A stretch of 59,030 nucleotides of DNA from Candidatus Aminicenantales bacterium (GTDB lineage: Bacteria; Acidobacteriota; Aminicenantia; Aminicenantales; UBA8522), in contig JBAQGA010000059.1 in the NCBI GenBank assembly GCA_049287565.1, forward strand, positions 1 through 59,030, given 5' to 3'. The notes beneath the pieces were generated by a model that did no database searches, was not told where the DNA came from, and was given only the letters and a program-made list of their open reading frames with translations. A program made the position numbers and the translations under genes. Within the stretch, counting starts at the first letter, position 1. Each line of letters opens with the position of its first letter. Of this stretch, positions 31,889 through 41,252 are shown in pieces.

Positions 31889-33207
31889 GAAAAAAAACCT
31901 GGAAGGCCAGCGAGGACGTTCTCAGGCTTTTTCAATCCGTCGGCCGTGCCTCACTTCTCTACGATATCCAGGACAGCCACAGCGGCAATATGGCCATGCG
32001 ATATCGCGACGAGGCGGGCAACGACTGGATCGTTATCACGGCGACAGGCTCCCAGAAAGGTGACCTGGGCGCCGGCGATATCTGCTTTCTCTCACCCGAC
32101 GAGACCGACTTCGGCTACTACAAGGCTTCTTCGGAGTCCGATATCCATGCCCGCATCCTCGCCCTGGAGGGTGTCGGTGCCTCCATCCACGCTCACACCA
32201 AAGATCTCACCATCGTCACCCTGGATGACGCGGCCAAGCCCAACCGCCCGGCCCCGTTCTTCCCCGTGGACCCGCTCGGCTATTACCATCTTGGGAGCGT
32301 CGTGCCGGTCGACTGGGTGGCCGTTCCCAGTGGCTCGGCCGAAATGATCCGGACGATCCCCGAGCGCCTGGCCGAACATCCGGCCACGGTCGTCCAGACC
32401 CACGGGACCTTTGCCAAGGGCAGGACGCTTCAGGAAGCCTTCTTCCGCGTCTGTGTCGCCAACAACGCCGGCGCCGTCGTCCGTCGGCTGCGACAGCTCA
32501 AGGTGGATGTCGAAGGATTGAGGGAGAGGGTTTGGGCCGCGCCAGAGGAGGCGTTCTCCTATCCGCCGTCGGCCTATACCGTCGGAGATGACCACATCCT
32601 CGATTTTCCGGAAGAGACGGAGATCCTTCGGGAATTCACCAGGGCGGGTGCCAGGATCTTCGAATCCCGGCTTTCACCGTTTCATTCCGGTTCGATGTCC
32701 GTCCGCGGCGTCGAGAGCATGCTTTATGCGCCCAAGGCGTCGATGCCCCGGGAGATCGGAGGACCCCTGCGAAGAGTCACCCTGGAGATCGAGGACGACG
32801 ATCCGCCGGAGCTCCAGGTCCATAAGAAGATCTATGCGGAAAGCGATTTCCAGACGATTATGCACTGCTACGTTCCTGAAGCGGAAGCCCAGGCCCATTT
32901 CATCTATCCGGGGGAGGAAGAACCGCTCGACCGCATCGTGCCGATCGACGCGGAAGGCAGCTTCATCCATCTCGTCATCCCGGTGGTCCCATCCCGGACC
33001 GGTATCCCCGATCTCGTGCGCCTGCTGCATGACTATAAAATGGTCGTCGTCCGGGGAGGCGGTGTCTGGGCCGTCGGGGCTCAATCCCTCTCCGAAGCCC
33101 TCCACCATCCGTCCTCGCTCCGTGAGATTTGCCAGTACCGCAGCGGTGCCTTCGAACAAGGACTGGACCTGCGGAAGATGGAGCCGCAAAAAGCCAAGAA
33201 GTGGTGA
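31885..33207 (+). CDS. class II aldolase/adducin-family protein, apparently tandem-domain
   Basis: GTG start overlaps the AOR stop (GTGA) with GGAGG upstream. The N-terminal half has aldolase-II features (SGNMAMR..., metal-site-like IHAHT). The C-terminal half (FESRLSPFHSGSMSVRG...VVVRGGGVWAVG) looks like a second, diverged copy. Confidence 0.65.
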   Translation: MRKKTWKASEDVLRLFQSVGRASLLYDIQDSHSGNMAMRYRDEAGNDWIVITATGSQKGDLGAGDICFLSPDETDFGYYKASSESDIHARILALEGVGASIHAHTKDLTIVTLDDAAKPNRPAPFFPVDPLGYYHLGSVVPVDWVAVPSGSAEMIRTIPERLAEHPATVVQTHGTFAKGRTLQEAFFRVCVANNAGAVVRRLRQLKVDVEGLRERVWAAPEEAFSYPPSAYTVGDDHILDFPEETEILREFTRAGARIFESRLSPFHSGSMSVRGVESMLYAPKASMPREIGGPLRRVTLEIEDDDPPELQVHKKIYAESDFQTIMHCYVPEAEAQAHFIYPGEEEPLDRIVPIDAEGSFIHLVIPVVPSRTGIPDLVRLLHDYKMVVVRGGGVWAVGAQSLSEALHHPSSLREICQYRSGAFEQGLDLRKMEPQKAKKW

Positions 33208-33233
33208 GGCTCGGGGTATAGGCTCGAAGGCCC

Positions 33234-33270
33234 GCGAATTTCCCCCGGCGAGGGAAATTCGCTTATTTCC
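33234..33270 (+). terminator. rho-independent terminator after the aldolase gene
   Basis: GCGAATTTCCC (33234-33244), 7-nt loop, GGGAAATTCGC (33252-33262), a perfect 11-bp stem followed by TTATTTCC. Confidence 0.7.
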
Positions 33271-33322
33271 TCGGCTCGCTCTCCGCTTCGCGGATCCCTG
33301 CCCCCTCGCCTCCGACCTTTCC

Positions 33323-33408
33323 GGAGACACCAACCTTTTTCCCCCTTGATTGCTCAAGGGGGCCGGGGGGATTAATACTATGAGAACGAATTCTTAAGGG
33401 GTGTCTCC
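33323..33408 (+). repeat. R2 element copy 1 (GGAGACACC ... GGTGTCTCC termini, internal CCCCC-TTGATTGCTCAA-GGGGG hairpin)
   Basis: 9-bp terminal inverted repeat (33323-33331 and 33400-33408). Inner hairpin 33341-33362. Homologous to the 57109-57197 element, including the upstream flank CTCCGACCTT. Confidence 0.7.
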
Positions 33409-33477
33409 AGAGAGAGCCCACACCCCTCGCCTCGGCTTAAGAATATTTGGTTTCAATGTCTTTTTTTCACAAGGCGA

Positions 33478-33614
33478 GGGGCAGTGGCAGGAGAAACCCG
33501 TATGATGAGTGAGCGGGCACGGTTTTTCGACCAAAGAGAGAGAAGAGCGAACGACGAATCGAGCCCGTTTTCCGCGCTGGGAGAAAACGGGCGCGGTTTC
33601 GATGCCACTGCCCC
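33478..33614 (-). repeat. R1 element copy B (137 nt, inverted orientation relative to A and C)
   Basis: The reverse complement aligns end to end with copy C at roughly 90% identity by eye. Perfect 12-bp terminal inverted repeats. Lies between the aldolase and TonB-like genes. Confidence 0.8.
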
Positions 33615-33674
33615 AAGTCAATTCTTGACAGGGCGGAGGGAAATTGGGAAATATAGGAAGCTCTCAATGGAGAT

Positions 33675-36491
33675 ATGAAGCTGAAAGACCGCCGGACCTC
33701 CCCACGTCACGTTCTCCTCTTGGCATTGCTCATCCTATTGCCGATCGGCCCAGCGGCCGCCGCGGCCGGACGCTCGGGAATCTTGAGCGGCCGTGTGCTT
33801 GACCCGGACGGCAAGCCGGTCGCCGAGGTCAAAATCGTTTTATCATCCATAGACGGCCTGTTCCGGGAGGTGACAAAATCAACCGCTGACGGCTCCTTTG
33901 CGCTCAACGGAATTCCACCCGGTGAATACAGCCTCCTCAGCGAACGGCCGGGGTTCGCCCCGTCTTCCCAGCAAGGCCTCATCTTTGAACCGGGGCGGAC
34001 GCTCTTCGTCCGGATCATCTTGGTCCCGCTGGAGACATCCACTGGCCCGGCACCGCTTCCGCTTTGGCTCGACTTTTCCGACGTCTCCACCCGCACTCTG
34101 ATCGATGCTTTCCAGGTTCAGTCGCTGCCTTCGGCCAACAACGTCTGGTCGCTCATCGAAGGCCAGGACTTCTCGGCGACGACCAACCGGATAGACGTCG
34201 GCGGTGTCTGGGCGAGCCTGCCGGCGCTCTGGAGCTCGCGCGGGAGCGTCTCCTGGACGCAGAGCTCTTATCTCATCAACGGGATGGACGCGACCGATCC
34301 TTATAATACGGGAACTCCCCTTTATCATCCGGACATCGAAGCGCTCAGTTTCGTCGTCCATAACAACGGCCGGTTTCCGATCGCGAACATCTCACCGGGC
34401 GGAGCGTTCGATTTCATCCCCAAAGAGGGGACCGCTGCTTACCACGGTTCCGTCTCCGCCTTTTTCACCGCTCCGGGGATGACGTCGGGGGGCGTTCCTT
34501 CCCGTTTGCAAGAAGAGGGAATTTTCGAAAGAACAAAATTGAGCTTTTTCGGAAACGCTAGCGCCCAGCTCTCTGGCCCGGTCATACCGGAAAAACTCCA
34601 TGTGTTCACTTCCCTGTCTCACCTCAACCTGAGGCGGGATATCGCTGAATTCTCTCCGGAAGATAAAGGGACCGTCTCCTCAGCGCTGGTCAATCTCACC
34701 TCCCGCCTGGGACGGGGAAGTTCTATTCACTTATTTTGGACAGGGCAGATCGTCCGTCATCCCACCGCCGGAGCGGCCCGGGATGTGCCGTTCTCGGCGA
34801 CGCTCAACCAGAAAAACATCTTCAACGTGTTCCAGCTCATCTGGCGCCTTCGACTCCGCCCGAACCATCATCTCGAGCTGGGGGCCGCCTTCAACCAAGG
34901 CCGCTCCCGCTCCGAGTTCCAAGATGGAGTGGATGAACCCCACGGGGAGGAGGTCTTCGAGAGGATTCCCTCCGGAGCCGCCGCCATGGCCGATGAAGCG
35001 GACCGGAGTTCTTTCATTCTTCAGGGAACGGGACAAGCTCTCCTGGGGGGAACACGGGTCCGCCAGCGGATTGACTACGGTTTCTCCATGCGCCGGGCGG
35101 CTTCATCGACGAACACGGAGATCCTCGACAATATCCATCTTCATTCCCTTGGCGACACGCCTTTCGAAATCGTCCGCTTCAACACGCCTCTCCGGCACAA
35201 AGAGAGGTCCCTGGATATCCATCTCTTTGCTGAAGACACGATCTCCCTGCCGAGTCAGGCCTCTCTGTCCTTCGGCCTCCACTTGATTTCGACAAGAGGG
35301 TGGGTGCCGGTGACGGCCTCCTCCGTCGTTCCGGGCTTTCCGGGGCGGGACGCCGGCGGGAAGATCGACTGGCTTCACCTGTCTCCGCGGCTCGGGTTCG
35401 CCCTCCCCCTCCTGCAGGATCGTTCGCTGACGCTCCGCGTATCGGCCGGCCGCTATTTTTTTCACCTCCCCCTCAGCTACCTGACCTTCGAAAACCCTCA
35501 AGGCCTGGGCGGTTTGACCTATCCCTGGACGGACCGAAACGAGGATGGGCGGGTTCAGTCCGATGAAACGGGACCGCTCGGGCGCCGGGAAGGCCCTTAT
35601 TTCACCCGCATCGACCCGGACCTCAAAAGGCCTTACACGGATGAGTTCGCCGTCTCGTTCACGAAGATTTTCCGGAAAAACCTGTATCTGACCCTGGCGG
35701 GTTTCTACCGGGAAACCCGCCATCTCGTCGAGACGCTGAACATTGGAGTCCCGCTCTCGGCCTACGACCCGGTTGAGATCTATGATCCCGGAGACGATTC
35801 GATCCCGGGGAACCATGACGATCTTTATCTCACCGTTTACGACCAGAGAAAAGAGACACTGGGCCAGGACTTCTTCCTACTCACCAACCCGGATGCGGGC
35901 AGCCGGGTCAACCGCTATCGAGGGCTCGACCTGACCCTGGTCAAGAAGTTCAGCCGCGGCTCGGTCTTCTTCTTCTCGGCCACCGCGACCGAAGCCACCG
36001 GGACCTCGAGCCCGGGAAACACCGAATACGAAAACGACGACGGCGTCATCGGCGCCCTGTACGACGACCCGAACACGTTCCTCTTTTCCAAAGGGCGTCT
36101 GCGCTTCGACCGGGCTTACACGGCCAGGCTCGGCTGGAGCGTGCCGATTCCTTACGGGTTCCGGCTGTCCGGGCTGGTGAAGTACTATGACGGCCAACCA
36201 TTCAGCCGCAAGATCATCATCACCGGATTCAACCAAGGGCCTTTTTATGTCCAAGCCTTTTCCCGCGGCGTGGCCCGCTATGAGTTTAATATGACCGTGG
36301 ACCTGCGTCTCGAGAAGAGCATCGCCCTGGGAGAAGCCCGCGGCCGGGTCTTCCTCGATATCTATAACGTCTTCAACTGGGCAATGGCGACTCAAGAGAA
36401 CGAATGGACGGGTCCGGATTTCACACTTCGCTACGCCACCGAAATCCAGTCACCGCGCGTCGTTCGTTTGGGAATTCGGTATGAGTTCTAA
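33675..36491 (+). CDS. TonB-dependent-receptor-like outer-membrane barrel with N-terminal carboxypeptidase-regulatory-like domain
   Basis: Signal peptide. CarboxypepD_reg-type Ig-like domain (LSGRVLDPDGKPVAEVKIVLSS...DGSFALNGIPPGEYSL). Long beta-rich region ending in an aromatic terminus (GIRYEF). Confidence 0.7.
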   Translation: MKLKDRRTSPRHVLLLALLILLPIGPAAAAAGRSGILSGRVLDPDGKPVAEVKIVLSSIDGLFREVTKSTADGSFALNGIPPGEYSLLSERPGFAPSSQQGLIFEPGRTLFVRIILVPLETSTGPAPLPLWLDFSDVSTRTLIDAFQVQSLPSANNVWSLIEGQDFSATTNRIDVGGVWASLPALWSSRGSVSWTQSSYLINGMDATDPYNTGTPLYHPDIEALSFVVHNNGRFPIANISPGGAFDFIPKEGTAAYHGSVSAFFTAPGMTSGGVPSRLQEEGIFERTKLSFFGNASAQLSGPVIPEKLHVFTSLSHLNLRRDIAEFSPEDKGTVSSALVNLTSRLGRGSSIHLFWTGQIVRHPTAGAARDVPFSATLNQKNIFNVFQLIWRLRLRPNHHLELGAAFNQGRSRSEFQDGVDEPHGEEVFERIPSGAAAMADEADRSSFILQGTGQALLGGTRVRQRIDYGFSMRRAASSTNTEILDNIHLHSLGDTPFEIVRFNTPLRHKERSLDIHLFAEDTISLPSQASLSFGLHLISTRGWVPVTASSVVPGFPGRDAGGKIDWLHLSPRLGFALPLLQDRSLTLRVSAGRYFFHLPLSYLTFENPQGLGGLTYPWTDRNEDGRVQSDETGPLGRREGPYFTRIDPDLKRPYTDEFAVSFTKIFRKNLYLTLAGFYRETRHLVETLNIGVPLSAYDPVEIYDPGDDSIPGNHDDLYLTVYDQRKETLGQDFFLLTNPDAGSRVNRYRGLDLTLVKKFSRGSVFFFSATATEATGTSSPGNTEYENDDGVIGALYDDPNTFLFSKGRLRFDRAYTARLGWSVPIPYGFRLSGLVKYYDGQPFSRKIIITGFNQGPFYVQAFSRGVARYEFNMTVDLRLEKSIALGEARGRVFLDIYNVFNWAMATQENEWTGPDFTLRYATEIQSPRVVRLGIRYEF

Positions 36492-37311
36492 TAAAAGAAG
36501 AATAGCGATCAGAACGGCATTGCTCCGGGGACTCGCCGCACTCCTCTTCTTGCCGGCCGTCCTTCCGGGTCACGAGCTTTTCATCTACCGCCGTTATGAT
36601 CCCAAGGACAACCTGCTCGCCCAAAAGAAGATCACTATGCACGGAGAACTTTTCGGGCAGCTGCTCTACCCCTCGAGCTATCCCAGCTACAATGACCTTA
36701 GCGGCGAAGAAGACCGCTGGAACTTCGGGTTTCATGACTATTTCTTCATCACTCCGGGCACGGCCTTCCACGCCCAGCTCGTCACTCATGACAAGGACGG
36801 CGAGAGGACCAAGTTCGACTGGCATTTTTCGCTTCGGCAGCGCCTCTTCGACATCTTGGCCCTGGATATCGGCCACGATTCCGACCATGACTCGGACCAT
36901 ACGAGTTACTTGAACGGCAAACCCTACTACACCAACCGGAATTATGTCGGGATCCACCTGGGCTGGACCGGGGAATCCTTCCTCGTCGAACCCTTCCTGC
37001 GGTTCTTCCACAGCACCAACCAAAGGGCTTATCTCGACCTCTCGGGCGAAAAGCTCGCCCAGGAGTACGGACTCCGGGTCGGGGTCTCGTTCGGAGCCGT
37101 CGGCAGCCTGAGCCTCCAGGTTCTCGGGCAGTCCAGCACGATCTGCGGCCGGATCGAGACGGGGCTGGCCGACCTCATCCTGCGTTTTCGTCTGGAGGAT
37201 TGGCTCGAGGCTACGGTTGGAGGAGGCATCTGGGCGGACGCGCGGACGAGCCCGCTGGGCAATAAGCAAACGTTCTCCAAGCTCGTCTGGGGGATCGCCA
37301 TTCCTTTTTAA
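36481..37311 (+). CDS. hypothetical outer-membrane beta-barrel protein with His/Asp-rich loop
   Basis: 276 aa. Signal-like N-terminus. Alternating hydrophobic pattern. C-terminal WGIAIPF (terminal Phe, OMP signature). Loop DIGHDSDHDSDHTSY. 11-nt overlap with the upstream barrel gene. Confidence 0.4.
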   Translation: MSSNKRRIAIRTALLRGLAALLFLPAVLPGHELFIYRRYDPKDNLLAQKKITMHGELFGQLLYPSSYPSYNDLSGEEDRWNFGFHDYFFITPGTAFHAQLVTHDKDGERTKFDWHFSLRQRLFDILALDIGHDSDHDSDHTSYLNGKPYYTNRNYVGIHLGWTGESFLVEPFLRFFHSTNQRAYLDLSGEKLAQEYGLRVGVSFGAVGSLSLQVLGQSSTICGRIETGLADLILRFRLEDWLEATVGGGIWADARTSPLGNKQTFSKLVWGIAIPF

Positions 37312-37322
37312 AAGGAGGGACC

Positions 37323-39332
37323 ATGCTTTTAATTTGGGAAAAATTTCTGTTCACAGTGATCATTGTGGTGACGGCCGGAGCCTTCGCCTATCCTGTTTAT
37401 CTGAGGCTCCAGATTCTCCGACGGGGAAGGCCGGAAATGCGGGGGGGCGCTCTCTTCCGCCGGTTGGGAGATACGTTGGCCAAGGTCTTCCTCCAGAAGT
37501 GCACCCTCAAGAAGGAGCGCGTCTTCACCGGGTTCATGCATGTCTTTATCTTCTACGGCGCCCTGACCTTCGACACTATGACCGTCAATCATACTCTGGA
37601 AGGATATTTCGACAAGTTCTATCTCTTCGGCGACACCGGCTTCGGCCTCTTTTTCTCACTCATCGTGGATATCTTCGCCATCTTCGTTCTCATCGGCGTG
37701 GCCTTTTTCGCCGTCCGGCGCTTCATCGTCCGGCCGAAGGCCTATCGGACCACGCTCCTTGACTCCGGCCTGATCTACATTTTCTTGATCATTGTGACCC
37801 TCAGCTATCTTTATTTCGAGGCGTTCGCCATCGCTGCCCACCCGGAGAGCGTGCGGCTGTCTTTTCTCGGAAAATTCTTGTCCGCGGGTCTCACCGGATT
37901 GCCGGCGGGAACGCTGGCCGCTCATTTCAAGATCTCCTGGTGGCTCCACATCCTGATCGTCTTCGGGTTCATCGCTTATGTCCCCCACTCCAAGTACTTT
38001 CACATGTTCACCGGGCCGGTGAACGTCTACTTCCGGGCTCCGGGCTCGAGCCGCGAGCTCAAACCCATCGACATCGAAAAAGCGGAGGTCTTCGGAACGG
38101 AGAAAGCCGCCGACCTCACCTGGAAGGATTTCCTTGACGCTTTCGCCTGCATGGAATGCGGCCGCTGCCAGGACGCCTGCCCGGCCTTCGCCAGCGGCAA
38201 GCCGCTCTCGCCGAAGATGATCATATTCAACCTGGAGAAGCACCTTCTCAGCCAGAGGCAAAACCTGGTCCCGGCAAAGCGTGACGACCTCCCCCCGCTA
38301 TTCCCCGACGTGCACGGCGAAGGAGAGATCTGGACATGCACGACCTGCGGCGCCTGCCAACACGTCTGCCCGGTCGAGATCGAGCACATCCGGAAGATCA
38401 TCGGGGTTCGGCAGAGCGAGGTCCTGATGCAGAGCCGGTTCCCTCAGGAGCTCAACTCTTTCTTCCGCAACATGGAGTCCAACTCCAATCCCTGGGGGAT
38501 CGGGTTCGCCAAGCGGGCGGATTGGGCCGCCGGGCTGGACGTGTCGGTGATGGCGGAGCGCGGCTCGGCCGAATACCTCCTCTGGGTGGGCTGCGCCGGA
38601 TCGTTCGACGAACAGGGCACGCAGATTGCCAAGGCAATGGTGACGATCCTGGGAAAGGCCGGCCTCGATTTTGCCATTCTGGGGACGGAAGAGAAATGCT
38701 GCGGCGATTCGGCCCGCCGGCTGGGCCAGGAGTATCTCTTCCAGACCCTGGCCGCGGAGAATATCGGCCTGTTCAATAAGTATCAGGTGAAAAAAATCAT
38801 CACCTTCTGTCCTCACGGTTACAACACCTTCAAAAACGAATACCCCAAGCTCAGGGGACTCCTCCCCGATATCCCGGAAAAGGGCCAGGCCCGGCTGGTC
38901 GGGATCGAGATCATCCCTCATGTCACGTTGATTCAGAAGCTGTTGAAGAACGGCCGCCTAGCCGTCCGGTCAAAGAACAGTCTCCGGCTAACCTACCACG
39001 ATTCCTGTTATTTGGGACGCCATAACGGAATCGTCGCCGAACCCCGGCAGATCATCGCCGCGCTGGCCCCGGAGGCGTTCAAAGAGCTCAAGAACAATCG
39101 TGAGCACAGTTTCTGCTGCGGCGCCGGCGGGGGGTTGATGTGGACGGAAGAAAAGCTCGGCCAGCGCATCAACCACCTACGGACCGACGAGGTCATCGCC
39201 GCTGGAACCGAAGTGGCGGCGACATCCTGTCCCTTTTGCCTCAATATGCTCAAAGACGGACTCAAAGACAAGGGAAAAGCCGATATCAAGGTCAAGGACC
39301 TGGCCCAGCTCGTCGCCGAATCGCTAGTCTAA
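37323..39332 (+). CDS. membrane-bound FeS oxidoreductase: N-terminal polytopic (HdrE/DsrM/NarI-like) domain fused to an HdrD/DsrK/GlpC-like 2x[4Fe-4S] plus CCG domains
   Basis: Six predicted TM helices with conserved His (FMHVFIFYG, WWLHILIVFGFIAYVPHSKYFHMF). CMECGRCQDACP and CTTCGACQHVCP. Two CCG motifs (KCCGDSARR, FCCGAGGG). Strong SD AAGGAGGG. Confidence 0.8.
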   Translation: MLLIWEKFLFTVIIVVTAGAFAYPVYLRLQILRRGRPEMRGGALFRRLGDTLAKVFLQKCTLKKERVFTGFMHVFIFYGALTFDTMTVNHTLEGYFDKFYLFGDTGFGLFFSLIVDIFAIFVLIGVAFFAVRRFIVRPKAYRTTLLDSGLIYIFLIIVTLSYLYFEAFAIAAHPESVRLSFLGKFLSAGLTGLPAGTLAAHFKISWWLHILIVFGFIAYVPHSKYFHMFTGPVNVYFRAPGSSRELKPIDIEKAEVFGTEKAADLTWKDFLDAFACMECGRCQDACPAFASGKPLSPKMIIFNLEKHLLSQRQNLVPAKRDDLPPLFPDVHGEGEIWTCTTCGACQHVCPVEIEHIRKIIGVRQSEVLMQSRFPQELNSFFRNMESNSNPWGIGFAKRADWAAGLDVSVMAERGSAEYLLWVGCAGSFDEQGTQIAKAMVTILGKAGLDFAILGTEEKCCGDSARRLGQEYLFQTLAAENIGLFNKYQVKKIITFCPHGYNTFKNEYPKLRGLLPDIPEKGQARLVGIEIIPHVTLIQKLLKNGRLAVRSKNSLRLTYHDSCYLGRHNGIVAEPRQIIAALAPEAFKELKNNREHSFCCGAGGGLMWTEEKLGQRINHLRTDEVIAAGTEVAATSCPFCLNMLKDGLKDKGKADIKVKDLAQLVAESLV

Positions 39333-40355
39333 GAGCTCCCTAAACGCGGCGATGGCCCGCCCGACATCCTCGTCGTCGATGTCCTTATGGGTGACGAAGC
39401 GGACTCCTCCGGCCGTGGCCAGGGCGAGGACGCGGCGTTTTCCGAGCTCGGCCAGGAATTCAGCGATGGAAAGCCGCGGATGCGAAAATCCGAAAATGAC
39501 GATGTTGGTCTCGATCTCATTGGGATCCAGCTTAACGGCGGGCAGCCGGCTGATGGCCGCAGCCAGCTTCTTGGCGCGGACATGGTCTTCGCCAAGCCGG
39601 CCGGTCATCTCGGTCAGGGCGATGATCCCGGGCGCGGCCAGCACGCCCGCCTGGCGCATCCCGCCGCCGAGCGCCTTGCGGACCCGGCGAGCCTGATCCA
39701 TGAAATCGCGCGGGCCGGCCAGCATCGATCCCACAGGAGCCGAGAGCCCTTTGGAAAGACAGAACATCACCGAATCGGCGAGTGCCGCGTAGTCCTTCAC
39801 CGGGACGCCGGAGGCGACGCTGGCGTTGAAGATCCGCGCTCCATCCAGGTGGATTTTGAGTTGGTGTCTGGCGCCGACCGCCCGGAGCAACCTCAGGTTT
39901 TCGAGCGGCACGACGGCCCCGCTCCAGTTGTTATGGCTGTTCTCGACACAGATCAGAGAGGTCCGCGGGATATGGACGGAGGGCTTCTTGATATTGACCT
40001 CGACCTCGTCCGGATTCATGGCCCCGCGCCGCGAAGCGAGCGGACGCGGGGTCACTCGAGAGATGAAGGTCAGGTGGGTGGATTCCATGTTGTAGATGTG
40101 CGACCGGGCTTCGACGATGACCTCCTCGAGCTCGCGCGTCCAGACCTTGGCGGCGATCGCATTCCCCATCGTCCCCGACGGGACAAAGAGGGCCGCTTCC
40201 TTGCCCATGAGGCCGGCGGCCAGCGCTTCGAGCTCCAGCACCGTCGGGTCGTCGCCGAGGACATCGTCACCGACGGCCGCCTCGGCCATGGCCCGCCGCA
40301 TGCTCTCGGTGGGACGGGTGACCGTATCGCTCCGGAAATCAGAAATCTCACTCAT
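39324..40355 (-). CDS. ltaE: low-specificity L-threonine aldolase (PLP-dependent)
   Basis: 343 aa. N-terminus DFRSDTVTRPTESMRRAMAEAAVGDDVLGDDPTV...FVPSGTMGNAIA typical of the Beta_elim_lyase/threonine aldolase family. The 3' end overlaps the convergent FeS gene by 9 nt. Confidence 0.85.
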   Translation of the reverse strand: MSEISDFRSDTVTRPTESMRRAMAEAAVGDDVLGDDPTVLELEALAAGLMGKEAALFVPSGTMGNAIAAKVWTRELEEVIVEARSHIYNMESTHLTFISRVTPRPLASRRGAMNPDEVEVNIKKPSVHIPRTSLICVENSHNNWSGAVVPLENLRLLRAVGARHQLKIHLDGARIFNASVASGVPVKDYAALADSVMFCLSKGLSAPVGSMLAGPRDFMDQARRVRKALGGGMRQAGVLAAPGIIALTEMTGRLGEDHVRAKKLAAAISRLPAVKLDPNEIETNIVIFGFSHPRLSIAEFLAELGKRRVLALATAGGVRFVTHKDIDDEDVGRAIAAFRELLD

Positions 40356-40532
40356 CCTATGTCTCTCCTCTCGGCTATAGAAACACCGGCATCATTATAA
40401 TTGAACGGGTGATTGGACACAACGAAAGGACTGCCAACGAAACTCCCGTCGTGTTTACATCGTTATTATTATATGGTATCTTGATTTAGAAAATCTCAAA
40501 GTCGAGTGAACGTACAGCGTGGTGCTTACAAT

Positions 40533-41252
40533 ATGCCGGCACGAAAACTTCTCGCTTACAGCCAACTCCTGCTGGGTCTCCTGATCGTCTTCCTCTCCAG
40601 CGCGGTCCTCTCCTCGCGGATCATCCAGAAAGGGGAAATCGTCTCCGTGCCCGACGTTTCGGGGAAGACGGTGGCCGAGGCGGGGCGCGAACTCGCCCGG
40701 AGGAAACTGTCCCTCCAGGAAAAGGGCGTGGAATTCAGCGATCGCTTCGAGCAGGGAGAGATTATCTCCCAGGATCCGCCGGCCGGCTCCAAGATCCGGG
40801 TCAACCGGTTCATCCGGGTCGTCCTGAGCGCGGGGAGCGAGATGGTCGAAATCCCGGCGCTCGCCGGCCGCAGCATGGAGGCCGCCAGCAAGGTCCTGGG
40901 TGAACTCGGACTGCAGAGGGGGCTCGTCTCCCAGGTTCACACTCCCCGGTACGCCGCCGGCCGGATCATCGCCCAGGAGCCGCCGCCCGATGACCGAAAG
41001 ATCAAGCGCGCCACTCCGATCAATTTCCTGGTGAGCCAGGGCGATATCGAGCCGAAATACGTGATGCCCGATTTCATCTACATGACGGCCAGTGCGGCCA
41101 TTGCCTGGCTCCAAAAACTCGGTTTCAAGGTGGCCAACGTCCGGTATTCCTATTATCCCGGCCGCGGTTCGGGCATCATCATCGGGCAGTCCCCCCCTCA
41201 GGGTTACGGAATCACCAAGCGAAGCCTCATCTCACTGGAGGTCAGTCGATGA
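40533..41252 (+). CDS. membrane-anchored PASTA-repeat protein (no kinase or transpeptidase domain)
   Basis: One N-terminal TM helix followed by three PASTA-like repeats (VSVPDVSGKTVAEAGRELARRKL..., VEIPALAGRSMEAASKVLGELGL..., YVMPDFIYMTASAAIAWLQKLGF...). ATGA overlap with rpe. Confidence 0.7.
   Translation: MPARKLLAYSQLLLGLLIVFLSSAVLSSRIIQKGEIVSVPDVSGKTVAEAGRELARRKLSLQEKGVEFSDRFEQGEIISQDPPAGSKIRVNRFIRVVLSAGSEMVEIPALAGRSMEAASKVLGELGLQRGLVSQVHTPRYAAGRIIAQEPPPDDRKIKRATPINFLVSQGDIEPKYVMPDFIYMTASAAIAWLQKLGFKVANVRYSYYPGRGSGIIIGQSPPQGYGITKRSLISLEVSR

Noticed and set aside
33484-33678. Conserved peptide SERARF.D.RERRAN.ESSP.SALGENGRGF encoded by R1 copies: the 64-aa ORF here and the N-terminus of the 54620-55759 antisense ORF.
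   Set aside because: The similarity comes from the DNA repeat. About 7 of 35 residues differ between copies, so most nucleotide changes are non-synonymous. There is no SD or consistent start, and copy A has the segment replaced. This behaves as a non-coding repeat.
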